A stretch of DNA of 53,879 nucleotides from a bacterium (GCA_041946805.1 JBHGBC010000021.1:1-53879); one strand, 5' to 3'; positions 10,017 through 20,607 are shown, numbered from the stretch's first letter. Numbers and translations: made by a program. Notes: generated from the letters alone by a model not told the origin.

Positions 10017-11183
10017 TCAAGCGACGTGGGCGGCGTTTTCCCGCACCCAGCGGTTGATGCGGTAACCGGCTTCGTTGATCTCGATGGGAATGTTGTCTTT
10101 CCCCAGGCTGAAGCGTACGCCTTCCCACGCTTCAGCCTCGCTCATTCCCATGGCCATCAAGACCGGGGACGGTTCCGAAGCGCCGGACGTGCAGGCGGGA
10201 CCGGACGAACAGCAGATCCCGAGGCGGTCGAGGGCGTCCACCACCCGTTCCCCTTTCATGCCCGGAAAACGGACATGCAAGGTGTTGGGAAGGCACCGTT
10301 CGGGGGGAATGGTGCGGACCACGGTAAGCCCCGAGTTCTCCAAGTGGTTCCACAGCCGCTCCCGCAGGTCCGACAGCCGGTTGAATTCCTTGTTCATCTC
10401 CTGCTTGACCCATTCGGCGGCCGCCCCGAATCCCACGATGCCGGAGAGATTGGCAGTCCCACCCCGGTAGCCTCCCTCCTGCGGCCCCGCGAACAGGGGG
10501 ACGATGGGAACCGAGCGGTTGACGATCAAGGCGCCCACTCCCTTGGGGCCGTACATCTTGTGCGCGGACAGCGAAACCGCCGTCACGCCCCATTCCATCA
10601 TGTCGCCGCTGCAACGGCCGGCCCACTGGGCGGCATCGGTATGGAAAAAGGTGGTGCGGCGGTCCAGGCGGGCTGAAATCTCCGCCAGCGGCTGGAGGGC
10701 GCCGGTTTCATGGTTGGCGGCCATCACCGAGACGATATCCCATTTGCTGTTCTTGTCGAAAAACGTGTAATCCACCAGACCTTCCGGCGTGACGGGGATG
10801 ATCTGCACCGTCGCGCCCCGGCGGGCCATCTCGTCCGCGCAGGCCCGGACGCAGGGATGCTCGATCGCGCTGACCGCCACCCGGACGGTGGCGGTTTTCT
10901 TGCTCTTCCGGGCGATGGCTTCAAACCGTCCCAGAAGCGCCAGATAATTGGCTTCCGTGGCGCCACTCGTGAAAATCACGTCATCCGGGTGGGTTCCCAC
11001 CAATGCGGCGACTTGTTCCCGGGACGTTTCCACCGCATTCCAGGCTTCCTGGCCCGCGGAATGCCGGCTGGCTGTGTTCGCGAAGCTGTCTCTCCAGTAT
11101 GGCCGCATGGCTTCGATCACTTCGGGCCGTACCGGCGTCGTCGAGTTAAAGTCCAGGTAGATCCGGCAGTTCTGTTCCATCAT
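10017..11183 (-). CDS. Cysteine desulfurase (IscS/NifS class I family)
   Basis: IYLDFNSTTP, FTSGATEAN, HTDAAQ, SAHKMYGPKG (PLP Lys), SSGPACTS catalytic Cys. Confidence 0.92.
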   Translation of the reverse strand: MMEQNCRIYLDFNSTTPVRPEVIEAMRPYWRDSFANTASRHSAGQEAWNAVETSREQVAALVGTHPDDVIFTSGATEANYLALLGRFEAIARKSKKTATVRVAVSAIEHPCVRACADEMARRGATVQIIPVTPEGLVDYTFFDKNSKWDIVSVMAANHETGALQPLAEISARLDRRTTFFHTDAAQWAGRCSGDMMEWGVTAVSLSAHKMYGPKGVGALIVNRSVPIVPLFAGPQEGGYRGGTANLSGIVGFGAAAEWVKQEMNKEFNRLSDLRERLWNHLENSGLTVVRTIPPERCLPNTLHVRFPGMKGERVVDALDRLGICCSSGPACTSGASEPSPVLMAMGMSEAEAWEGVRFSLGKDNIPIEINEAGYRINRWVRENAAHVA

Positions 11184-11184
11184 T

Positions 11185-12267
11185 TTATACCGGCGCCGCC
11201 GCCGGTTCCCACGGGGGCGTTTTCCCCACCGCGCGAACCACGGCCGGCAGCCGCTCCATTAAGATTTGAAATCCCTCTTCATTGAGGGACTGGGCTCCAT
11301 CCGAAAAGGCCTTGGCGGGATTGGGATGCACTTCCACGATCAAGCCGTGGCATCCCGCCGCCGCCGCCGCCAGACTCATGGGCATGACGATATCCGACCG
11401 CCCGGTGGCATGGCTGGGATCCACGATCACCGGCAGATGCGTCAGCTTCTTCAAGACAGGTATGGCGTTCAGGTCCAGGGTGTTCCGGTATTGGGTTTCA
11501 AACGTCCGGACGCCCCGCTCACACAGGATGACATTGTTGTTCCCCCGGGAGATGATGTATTCGGCCGACATGAGCCACTCGTTGATGGTGGACGCCATGC
11601 CCCGTTTTAACAATATCGGACGCCGCGTCGCTCCCAACGCTTTGAGCAGCATGAAGTTCTGCATGTTTCGGGCGCCGATCTGAATAATATCCGCGTACTG
11701 CTCGATCACTTCCAGGTGATGCGCGTCCATTAATTCGGTGACCACCGCCAGGCCGGTCTCCTCCCGCGCCTCGGCCAGCAGTTTCAATCCCTCTTCTTCC
11801 AGTCCTTGAAAACTGTAAGGCGAAGTCCGGGGTTTGAACGCCCCGCCGCGCAGGCAGACGGCGCCATATTGCTTGACGATCCGGGCGCATTCCCGGACCT
11901 GTTCCCGGCTTTCCACCGAGCAGGGGCCGGCCATCATGACGAATTCCGGCCCCCCAATGGTGATGGTTTTCTTTCCCTGCTTCCATTGGACTTCGATCTG
12001 GATGATGGAATCGGGCCGGCTGAATCCTTTTTGCACTTCCCGGCAGACCAGTTTGTACGGCGGCAGGATGAACTCCACCTTGTCCACCATGGGTTGGCTG
12101 ATCAACCGTTCGTAAAGCCCCTCCTTGCCGCGTTCGTCACCCACCGCGGCCAATACCGTGAGATGGGTTCCATAAATGGGATGGACAGAATACCCCGCCT
12201 CCTCGATGAGGGCTTCCACATTCTCGATGTGCTCCCGTCCCGCGTTGGGATTCATTTGGATGATCAC
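11185..12267 (-). CDS. aroF: 3-deoxy-7-phosphoheptulonate (DAHP) synthase, class I-beta with N-terminal ferredoxin-like regulatory domain
   Basis: AGPCSVES, RGGAFKPRTSPYSFQG, IGARNMQN, CERG, DPSH, EVHP, SDG. Confidence 0.95.
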   Translation of the reverse strand: MIIQMNPNAGREHIENVEALIEEAGYSVHPIYGTHLTVLAAVGDERGKEGLYERLISQPMVDKVEFILPPYKLVCREVQKGFSRPDSIIQIEVQWKQGKKTITIGGPEFVMMAGPCSVESREQVRECARIVKQYGAVCLRGGAFKPRTSPYSFQGLEEEGLKLLAEAREETGLAVVTELMDAHHLEVIEQYADIIQIGARNMQNFMLLKALGATRRPILLKRGMASTINEWLMSAEYIISRGNNNVILCERGVRTFETQYRNTLDLNAIPVLKKLTHLPVIVDPSHATGRSDIVMPMSLAAAAAGCHGLIVEVHPNPAKAFSDGAQSLNEEGFQILMERLPAVVRAVGKTPPWEPAAAPV

Positions 12268-12455
12268 GGTTTCCTGCCTCGTTTTCTGACTCCGTTTGAA
12301 CGGCCGCGCCGTTCGGGCGCGATTTTCACCGGCCGGGACGTGGTGGCCGGGGGATCGCGCGGTGTTTCACCGGTGACTAGATGAATTGTAATATTTTCAC
12401 CGGCGAAGTAAAGCCACGGTAAATCATTGATGACATAATATTCGAGAAAATGGAT

Positions 12456-15400
12456 TTAGTAATGGAGGGTCCAGGTTTTTATCCAATTTTTAACTAAAAA
12501 TTCATACGCTCCGATGTCCGGTCCCTTGCCTTGGGGCCGGGATTGACCGGTAATATCGGTTTCCACCCCGGCCTCAATCCCGGTATCGATCAGAGGGGAA
12601 TCCTCCAGGGGCATCACCCCCCCGTTTTCCGGATCTTCGAACCGGGGATCCTGCGACCAATTGCCCTCCCGCAGCGCGTCCGGCAGTTGCATCAAGTCGG
12701 AATTCACGAGCTGCAACGCCGAATTTTCGTCCCACAGCAGGCTTTGTGTTGTGTTCCAGACCACGGTATTAACAATTTCCGCCTGCCCTCCTTCCATGCC
12801 CGGATTCTTCTCGTACAAGTCGATTCCGGTGGTGCAAGACACAATCGTGGAATGAACCAGTCTCGCTTGGCAAGCATCCTTGACAGCCACGCCAATGTTG
12901 GCCTCCTGTATCACATTGTTGATCAAAACCGGCGTGCTGATTCCTTCCAGCGAAATCCCCTTGTCGTGGCATCGCTGAATCCAATTGCCCTCGATCCGGA
13001 TCGAGGCCCGCAACAGATCGATGCCGTCATCTTCCGTCCCCAGGATCGTATTGCCCCGGATGATGGAGGCCGGGTCCATACCCTCGTCGAAATCGATGGC
13101 GTCGCTGTATCCCCGGACGTTTTCGAAGCGGTTGTCCTCCACGCGGGCGAAACTCCGGGCGCAATGCAGCATCTCGCCCATTTCCAGAAAATGATTGCCG
13201 GTCACGGTGATTCGAGAGTCGCCGGTTTCGATCCCCAGTCCGTCCATGGCCGTGAAAAAACAATTTTCGACCACGGCCGTCGCGCCCCGGACGTTCACCG
13301 CGGCTGGATAGTTCACGCCCCGGAAAGAAAATTCCCGTGCGCCCCGGATGGCCGCGTGGCGGATCCGCGTCACTCCCCGGGCCTGGACCACGACGATCCC
13401 GCCCCACCGTTCACCCTCCACCGCGGGGACGAATTGGACCGGCTTTTCCTCCGTGCCTTCCACCGTCATCGTGCCATAGACGATGATGGCGGCCCCGGAC
13501 GCCATCTGGACCGTCACTCCCGCCCCGATGGTCAGCGTGTCGGCGGGGGGCACGATGATATTCCGCTCCACCCAGACGGGGCTGGCGGCTTCCGGCCAGA
13601 ATTCATCACCTTCGATCTCCACTCCGTCCGTGGGCGGCGCGGCGTTGTGGTACAACACCACCCGCGTGGCGCCGATCACCTGCGCCTCCGCGTCCAGCGC
13701 CTCGATCTTGAACAAGTTCCTCCCGTCCACCAGTTCCGATGCATATTCCCATTCCGCCTTCCAGGGCACAAACGAGACCGGAGTCCCGTTGACCCGCACC
13801 GCCGTGGTGAGTGAAGCGGGAACCTGGCCGTGCAGGCGGAGGTAACCGCTCATGAGCGACTCGCCTTCCAGCTGGACCGCCAGCGAAAGGTCCGAACTGG
13901 TCAGATTCACGTTGACTCCAACCACCGCGAGAGTATTGATTCCGGAAACCAGAATGGCTCCGGGATTGGTGATGTAATACGCCTGGAATTGATTGGCTTC
14001 GAGCGACTGGGGAGCGGTGCTGCGGTAGGTAGGCTCGCCGTCCACGTTCACACGGGCCACCTCCACCCCATTGAGATAGGCCACGAATCCGTCATCCACC
14101 CGGACATTCAAAATCAATCGTTTAAGGATTTCGGGAGACGGCAGGGAGAAGGTCTTGCGGATGAATACGGTGGTATAGTTGTTTTGCATGTCACGCAGCA
14201 CGGTGCGGTCGTCGTTGTCCCCGTACCCGAATCCGCCGGGCCCGCTTTCCCACCCGGAATCATCGAATCCGTTTTCTTTCCAAGCCGGCGGAGGCGGCGA
14301 AATTCCCCGGAAGAAACGCCAGGAATCCGCTTCGTTGATCAGGATGACAGTGCTGGTGTTGTCCGCTTGGACAGTTAATGAACGGGGAATCCTGGCGTAC
14401 AAAAACGCCCGTTCTTCCCGGAAAATCTGCTTCAATTCCGCCCGCTGGTTTGGATCGGCCACCGGCGCGGTGCGGTCGATGATCGAATCCATAACTTCCG
14501 GGGTTAATTCGTAATCGAGAATGTTGAGGATTTCCGCGTAGTAAAACCGGGCCAGTTCCGGATGCCGCAGCAGCCGTTGCACCGCCGGCGTGCCGTGGTG
14601 ATGAACCGCCTCGAACGGCCTCACGATCACCGTGTCCTGGTCCCAGGGCAACAGGTAAAACAGCCCGTCCGCCGGATTCTTGTAAATGTAATAGTCGTCC
14701 CCCCGTTCGAGCGACAACCCCCCTTCCCGGTCGTTCAAGATTTCCTTGAGCGCGAACCACCGGATCCACTGCCGGATGTTGATCTCGCGGGAGAGCGCTT
14801 CCACGAATTCATCGTCGCTGGTAGCCGAAAACGCGCGGGACAAATCGACGATGTCTGCGTAATCGTTTTGCAGTTCATTGGTGATTTTCATGTAATGCGG
14901 CTTGTAGGAATTTTGATCCTCCCCCCGGTAATCGAAATTGGCCTGCTCGATGCCCCGGTACAGATTCCCGTCCCCGTCACCGAAGAGGCGCTCCATGGCA
15001 TAACGGTCCATGCGTTCCACCTGGATGTAATCGGGTACGAAGGTTTGATTATACGCCAGGGATACGAAATTCATCACCGGCGCGGGCATCCGCAGCAATC
15101 GGAAGCATTCCAGCCCCACGAACTGCCGTTCGGGATTGACGGCGTTCAAATTCAATTTGCGGATGGTTCCGAAATGTCTGGAACGCGTGAAATTCACCCG
15201 GTAGGATTTCGGTTCCGCGTAGCGGGAGCCCTTGCCCCGGAACCGCACGCCTACGTTGTAATACACATTCTCGCCCGCGATGAACGTGGCCGGCAGTTCT
15301 TCGTTGCTGGTCACATTACGGGTCCGCAAGGTACGCTCGTCCTGCTTGCGCATGACGATCCGGTACACGGGCAGGGAAGCGGCGTAGGCCGAACCGTCCA

Positions 15401-16322
15401 CCAGATAGATGGCGGACTTGGCCGGCCCGTCCACGGGAAACATGCCCTCTTGACCGTCCTCATCCACTGCCTGGATATGGAATTCGATGATTTGGCCGTC
15501 CGGAAAAGCGGGGATCTCCCCTCCATAGATCCCATCTCCGGCTTGGGCATCCCCCGCCTGCCCATCATCCCGCATCTCCACGCGGGTATACGCGGCCGCG
15601 TTTTCCTCCTTGTACAGCAGATTGACCGAGCGCATGGGACGGCTGTGCATCACCCGGCCTTGAACCCAGACCGGCTGGCCCGGCGCCGGCGCCGCGGGAC
15701 TATGCCGCGCATTGGAAACCACCGGGCGCGGCCGGGGAAGGGCGTTTTGGTTTGCGTGGCCGGGAGTGCCGCCCTGGGGCCCCGCTTTCCAGGCGGCCGG
15801 CTCCGAACTGGGCATTTCCGCATGCAATCGCTCCAGGGAAGGGCCCAGGCCGTCCGCTTCGGGCGGCCAGCCTTGTTCATCCCCGTATTCGACATGATCC
15901 ACCCATACGCCGTCCGGTCCCGCCAAGGCCACGTTCTCCCCATCATTGCTTAAAATCCCCGCGTAAGGCCCCAGCACGTGGATGGACGGTTCCATCGTCC
16001 GGTAATAGTCCGGCCGGGCCGCCACGATCAGGTAGCCCCCGGCCGCGATCCGGGATCCGGGGGGAAACGTGTAATCGATACCATCCGCGAACTGCCAGCC
16101 GCTCAGATCCACTTCCGTGGAACCGTAGTTAAAGAGTTCCACAAACTCTTCATCCACTTGCAAGCTGGCGGGCAGATACATGATTTCGTTGATCACTACC
16201 GCCGCGTAAATTGGTCGTCCGAATCCAAAAAAGGCGGCCGCCAGGACCGCCATGAGTAGCGCGAGACGCCAGGGGTGAGGTTGCGGAAGTTTCATGGGAT
16301 TAAAAAAATGATCCCGTCTCAT
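12456..16322 (-). CDS. Large secreted lamin-tail-domain / CotH kinase / right-handed beta-helix protein
   Basis: Signal peptide; VVINEIMY..EFVELFN..DLSGW (LTD); MRDDG..GDAQAGDGIYGG; GVRFRGKGSR..KSYRVNF, LLPWDQD (CotH); DAIDFD/DDGIDL/DKGIS beta-helix; DIGAYE. Start uncertain (16337/16322/16295). Confidence 0.85.
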   Translation of the reverse strand: MRRDHFFNPMKLPQPHPWRLALLMAVLAAAFFGFGRPIYAAVVINEIMYLPASLQVDEEFVELFNYGSTEVDLSGWQFADGIDYTFPPGSRIAAGGYLIVAARPDYYRTMEPSIHVLGPYAGILSNDGENVALAGPDGVWVDHVEYGDEQGWPPEADGLGPSLERLHAEMPSSEPAAWKAGPQGGTPGHANQNALPRPRPVVSNARHSPAAPAPGQPVWVQGRVMHSRPMRSVNLLYKEENAAAYTRVEMRDDGQAGDAQAGDGIYGGEIPAFPDGQIIEFHIQAVDEDGQEGMFPVDGPAKSAIYLVDGSAYAASLPVYRIVMRKQDERTLRTRNVTSNEELPATFIAGENVYYNVGVRFRGKGSRYAEPKSYRVNFTRSRHFGTIRKLNLNAVNPERQFVGLECFRLLRMPAPVMNFVSLAYNQTFVPDYIQVERMDRYAMERLFGDGDGNLYRGIEQANFDYRGEDQNSYKPHYMKITNELQNDYADIVDLSRAFSATSDDEFVEALSREINIRQWIRWFALKEILNDREGGLSLERGDDYYIYKNPADGLFYLLPWDQDTVIVRPFEAVHHHGTPAVQRLLRHPELARFYYAEILNILDYELTPEVMDSIIDRTAPVADPNQRAELKQIFREERAFLYARIPRSLTVQADNTSTVILINEADSWRFFRGISPPPPAWKENGFDDSGWESGPGGFGYGDNDDRTVLRDMQNNYTTVFIRKTFSLPSPEILKRLILNVRVDDGFVAYLNGVEVARVNVDGEPTYRSTAPQSLEANQFQAYYITNPGAILVSGINTLAVVGVNVNLTSSDLSLAVQLEGESLMSGYLRLHGQVPASLTTAVRVNGTPVSFVPWKAEWEYASELVDGRNLFKIEALDAEAQVIGATRVVLYHNAAPPTDGVEIEGDEFWPEAASPVWVERNIIVPPADTLTIGAGVTVQMASGAAIIVYGTMTVEGTEEKPVQFVPAVEGERWGGIVVVQARGVTRIRHAAIRGAREFSFRGVNYPAAVNVRGATAVVENCFFTAMDGLGIETGDSRITVTGNHFLEMGEMLHCARSFARVEDNRFENVRGYSDAIDFDEGMDPASIIRGNTILGTEDDGIDLLRASIRIEGNWIQRCHDKGISLEGISTPVLINNVIQEANIGVAVKDACQARLVHSTIVSCTTGIDLYEKNPGMEGGQAEIVNTVVWNTTQSLLWDENSALQLVNSDLMQLPDALREGNWSQDPRFEDPENGGVMPLEDSPLIDTGIEAGVETDITGQSRPQGKGPDIGAYEFLVKNWIKTWTLHY

Positions 16323-16512
16323 ACAAGGATAGACCAATCTAACTTCAAGTATGACAATGATAATATCAAATTTACAATAATTTGTCCTAATTATACTATC
16401 ATATACTTTCTCCTAGGGATATGCGTGCCCGCGTTGAATTTTCTCCCGTCCTCCCCCATGATTATCCTGAAAGACGGCCTTGGGCCGCCATGTCGTCATG
16501 GAGGATCGATCC

Positions 16513-17514
16513 ATGCTTCCAGGTCAGTTTGAAACCTTTCAGCATCCCGTGCCCGAATCCATTGCGTATTGGAACCGGATGAAAGAAGCGATCCAGGCCA
16601 AATTGATGCAACGCCTGGGTGACCGCCCCCCGCTCTTCACTCCCCGGCCGGAAATCATCCACCTGGAAAACCGGCCGGGATATGCTCTCGAAAAATTTCA
16701 ATTCGACAATGGCCTGGGGCACATGGTGTATGGCTATTTCGCTATTCCCCGGGGATCGAAGGCAAAAGCCCCCGCCATCCTGTACCATCATCAACACGCC
16801 GGCGAATACGCTATCGGCAAAGAGGAATTGCTGAATTCCTGGCCCACCGCCACTCCCCCCGCCGAAGCCCTCACCCGCGCGGGATACTGCGTCATGGCCA
16901 TCGATGCCTACAGCTTCGGTGAACGGCAGACTCAAGGACCAGCCGGAGAGAAGGAACGCGGCCGCGCCACGGAAGAATCTTTGTTCAAAATGTTTCTTTG
17001 GCAAGGGAGAACGCTTTGGGGCATGATGGTCCGCGACGATCAGCTGGCCCTCAACTACCTGCTTTCCCGTGCGGAAGTGGATGCGGAACGCGTCGGAGCC
17101 ACCGGCTTCAGCATGGGCAGCACGCGCACCTGGTGGCTGGCGGCCTTGGACGAACGGATCAAGGCGGCGGTGTGTGTCTCCTGCCTGACCCGCTATCAAA
17201 ACCTGGTCCAGCATGGCCTCAATAACAACCATGGGATTTACTATTACATTCCCGGCATCCTGAAGGATGGCATCGATATGGAAGTCGTGGTGGGCCTGAT
17301 CACGCCCCGCCCCCTACTGACCATGACCGGAGACCAGGACGGCGGCTCCCCCGTGGACGGGGTTATGATCATCAACAATTTCATCCAGGACTTATACAAG
17401 ATGTATGGCCGTCCCCATGATTTCAAGGGAGTGATCATCCCCGGCCTCGCGCATAAGTACTCTCCGGAAATGTGGGCAGAAACCCTGGCCTGGTTCGAAA
17501 AACATTTAAAATAA
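16513..17514 (+). CDS. Alpha/beta hydrolase (dienelactone hydrolase / Abhydrolase_7-like)
   Basis: GFSMGS nucleophile elbow, GRTLWGMM, PRPLL..GDQD, C-terminal His; ATG after GGAGG. Confidence 0.82.
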   Translation: MLPGQFETFQHPVPESIAYWNRMKEAIQAKLMQRLGDRPPLFTPRPEIIHLENRPGYALEKFQFDNGLGHMVYGYFAIPRGSKAKAPAILYHHQHAGEYAIGKEELLNSWPTATPPAEALTRAGYCVMAIDAYSFGERQTQGPAGEKERGRATEESLFKMFLWQGRTLWGMMVRDDQLALNYLLSRAEVDAERVGATGFSMGSTRTWWLAALDERIKAAVCVSCLTRYQNLVQHGLNNNHGIYYYIPGILKDGIDMEVVVGLITPRPLLTMTGDQDGGSPVDGVMIINNFIQDLYKMYGRPHDFKGVIIPGLAHKYSPEMWAETLAWFEKHLK

Positions 17515-17567
17515 TATAAAGAAGGCATCCGATCACACCGATGACCATTTGAGTGTTCAGGTGTACC

Positions 17568-18620
17568 ATGGCTGTCAAGCCGCCCCGCTTGATCAAGACC
17601 GCGTTCCAATTTCCCCGGGTCATGCTCGCGCCCGTGGCGGGGATCACCGACCGCGCCACGCGGGACATCGCGCGTTCCAAGGGATGCCCCCTCGCCTTTT
17701 CCGAGTTGATCAGCGCGCGCGGCCTGCGGGAAGAGAACGGCGGAACATGGCAGATGCTGCGGGAATGCCGGGATGAACACCCGCTGGCCGTGCAAATCTT
17801 CGGCAATGAGCCGAATGACATCCAGGAAGCCACCCGGATGGTGTCCGATCTCGGCGTGGAGGCGGTCAATCTCAACCTGGGCTGCCCGGTTAAAAAGGTC
17901 TTCAAGAATAAATCCGGCTGCGGTCTGACCGTTTTTCCCACCGAACTGGTCTATGTCCTGCGCGCCATGCGCCAGGCGGCCGATTGCCATCTTTCCGTCA
18001 AAATCCGCGCCGGCGTCAGCCATAAATCCTTGAATTACAGGCTTATCGGCGATATTGCCCAGGGCGAGGGCTGCGATGCCGTCATCTTCCACGCCCGCAC
18101 CCGCCTGATGGGTTTCGGCGGAGAGGCGCAATGGGACTGGATTCAGGACCTGAAGGAATACCTGGATATTCCAGTTATCGGGAACGGCGATGTCGTGGAC
18201 GCGCGGTCCGCCCGGAGAATGCTTGAGCAGACCGGCTGTGATGGCGTCATGATCGCCCGGGGCGCGTACGGCAATCCATGGATTTTTCGTGAAATCCTGG
18301 AGTACCTGGATACCGGACGGATTCCCCCGCCTCCGGACCTGAAAGAACGCCTTTCCACCTTGATGCAACACCTGCGCCTGGCCGTGGAGTGGAAAGGCGA
18401 ACCCCGGGGCATTTTGGAAATGCGCAAACAGGTGGGCTGGTACATCAAGGGATTCCGTAACGTCCGGCCACTGCGCGACCACATCAACCGTCTCGTAACC
18501 CTGGCCGAAGTGACCGGCGCGTTGATGGAATGGGCGGAATCGAATCCCCGGGAAGAAACGGCCGATTCCGAAGCCGTCTTCCCCGCCTCCCGCCGGTCCG
18601 TCAGCCTGCGCGGGATTTGA
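17568..18620 (+). CDS. dusB: tRNA-dihydrouridine synthase (DusB-like)
   Basis: LAPVAGITD, VQIFG, NLGCPVKKV, VKIRAG, HART, IGNGDV, MIARG..GNPWIF. Confidence 0.9.
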   Translation: MAVKPPRLIKTAFQFPRVMLAPVAGITDRATRDIARSKGCPLAFSELISARGLREENGGTWQMLRECRDEHPLAVQIFGNEPNDIQEATRMVSDLGVEAVNLNLGCPVKKVFKNKSGCGLTVFPTELVYVLRAMRQAADCHLSVKIRAGVSHKSLNYRLIGDIAQGEGCDAVIFHARTRLMGFGGEAQWDWIQDLKEYLDIPVIGNGDVVDARSARRMLEQTGCDGVMIARGAYGNPWIFREILEYLDTGRIPPPPDLKERLSTLMQHLRLAVEWKGEPRGILEMRKQVGWYIKGFRNVRPLRDHINRLVTLAEVTGALMEWAESNPREETADSEAVFPASRRSVSLRGI

Positions 18621-18711
18621 ATACCGCCTTTCCGATTTGCATCCCACGTTCCAATTCGATACGATATAAGAATCATGGATGTATTTAAGTGGATGAAACA
18701 CTGAGGGCAAA

Positions 18712-20466
18712 ATGCGCAAAATTTCTTTATTTTTTTGGACTTGGATTCTGATCCTCCCATCTTTTTCTCAACAAACCAACCTCGATCAGTTATTTAATTG
18801 GTCGGTATCCCTTTCCCAGCCGGATACTGCTCAAGGGGCATCTGGTTTCATCGACTTGACACTTCAGGTCGCGCCGGATCACTTTGCCTATCAGAAAATG
18901 ATCTCCTTGACGGTCAAGGGGCCGGAGGGCATCCAGGTGTCCGAACCAGTTTTTCCTCCCCCCATCGTTAAGGTGGATCCCACCGACAAGCAGGAAAAGC
19001 CGGTGTATGAAAACGCTGCCCAGTTTCGGATACCATATGCTGTTTCCTCGTCCACTCCCGTGGGATCGGCGCCGCTGACGGTTACCGTCCGCTACCAGGG
19101 CTGTTCGCAGACTCTCTGTTATTTCCCCCAAACACGCGAGTTTCCCCTGACTCTGCAAGTCACGCCGGGCGCGGGAGCGCCTCTTCCCGACGTTTCTGCC
19201 TCGTCCATTCCGGCTGATGTGGGAACACCGCCGGCCGCCACGGATTTTTTTTCCCGGGGCTACCTGTTGACGTATCTGATCGTTTTCGGCTTTGGCATCC
19301 TCACCAGCTTTACGCCGTGTGTGTATCCGTTGATTCCCATTACCGTGACCATCTTCGGGGTGCGCAACACGAAGAACAGATTCCAGGCGTTTACCCTGGC
19401 TTTTACGTACGTTTTAGGAATCGTGTTCATGTACTCGGTCCTGGGGTATCTCGCCGCCTCGACACAGACGATCTTCGGGCGGTTCATGACCAATCCCTGG
19501 ATCATCGGCGCGATTTCTCTTTTCTTCGTCATGTTGGGGCTCTCCATGCTGGGGCTGTTTGATTTTCAACTCCCCTCTTCCTGGCAAACCCGGCTGTCGC
19601 GGGTGAGCGGCCGGGGGTATGGCAGCGCGTTCATGATGGGCCTTGTGGCGGGGATCGTGGCCGCCCCGTGCACCGGCCCGGTCCTGGCGGGAATCCTGAC
19701 CTACGTGGCCACGGAAGGCGATCCGTTCCTGGGATTGACGCTCCTCATGACATATTCCTTCGGCCTGGGCATGCTGTTTTTGGTGATTGGCACCTTTTCG
19801 GGCATGATCGCGCGGCTCCCCCGTTCGGGAAGTTGGATGGAGGGTGTGAAAAGCTTATTCGCGATCGTATTGTTTGTCTGTGCGTTGTATTTCATGAAAA
19901 ACGCCGTGCCCTTCCTGCGCTTACCCTTTGCCCTGACCACGGGCGTGTACGGACTGGCGGTCCTGCTGTTGGCGGCAGGTGTCGGAATGGGGGCGCTGCA
20001 TTTGTCCCTGCATCATGCGGACGGGATTGTCCGGGTGCGCAAGGCGCTGGGGGTGCTGTTGTGCGTGGCGGCGGTGTATCTCACCGTGGGGACGCAAACC
20101 GTGGTCCGCGCCAGTGAATTGAAATGGATCAACAACCTGGATGAAGGCCTGGCGCTGGCGAAACAGGGAGGCAAGCCGGTGCTCATCGACTTCTGGGCGG
20201 AATGGTGCGCGATCTGCAAGGAAATCGACCATTACACACTGCGGGATCCCGCCGTCGAGGAGGCGCTCAAGCGATTCGTGACCATCAAGATCGACTTGAC
20301 TGATCCAAATACCGGGGAAAATCAGGTAATCATGCAATCCTATAAAATCCCCGGACTTCCTCTGATCGTGTTTTATGATACGCAAGGAAGGTTATTGGAG
20401 CAAAAAAAGATTACTGGATTCATAAACAAAGAGGATTTCCTGCACCACATATCCGATATCCACTGA
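18712..20466 (+). CDS. dsbD: Protein-disulfide reductase DsbD family
   Basis: N-domain YQGCSQTLCY, TM domain TPCVYP and APCTGP, C-terminal thioredoxin DFWAEWCAIC. Confidence 0.92.
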   Translation: MRKISLFFWTWILILPSFSQQTNLDQLFNWSVSLSQPDTAQGASGFIDLTLQVAPDHFAYQKMISLTVKGPEGIQVSEPVFPPPIVKVDPTDKQEKPVYENAAQFRIPYAVSSSTPVGSAPLTVTVRYQGCSQTLCYFPQTREFPLTLQVTPGAGAPLPDVSASSIPADVGTPPAATDFFSRGYLLTYLIVFGFGILTSFTPCVYPLIPITVTIFGVRNTKNRFQAFTLAFTYVLGIVFMYSVLGYLAASTQTIFGRFMTNPWIIGAISLFFVMLGLSMLGLFDFQLPSSWQTRLSRVSGRGYGSAFMMGLVAGIVAAPCTGPVLAGILTYVATEGDPFLGLTLLMTYSFGLGMLFLVIGTFSGMIARLPRSGSWMEGVKSLFAIVLFVCALYFMKNAVPFLRLPFALTTGVYGLAVLLLAAGVGMGALHLSLHHADGIVRVRKALGVLLCVAAVYLTVGTQTVVRASELKWINNLDEGLALAKQGGKPVLIDFWAEWCAICKEIDHYTLRDPAVEEALKRFVTIKIDLTDPNTGENQVIMQSYKIPGLPLIVFYDTQGRLLEQKKITGFINKEDFLHHISDIH

Positions 20467-20521
20467 TTTTCTCACCTTTCCCATTCATGGCAATTAAATC
20501 GGTCAATCCATTGATATTTTA

Positions 20522-20550
20522 TTGACGAAGTTGCCTTTTATGGTCATAAT
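20522..20550 (+). promoter_or_regulatory. Candidate sigma70 promoter
   Basis: TTGACG-17 nt-CATAAT upstream of the CDS at 20608. Confidence 0.55.
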
Positions 20551-20607
20551 CGTGTTGTAATCCACTTTGTTCACGCATCCATGAGCAATGATTTGGGGAG
20601 GTTTTGT

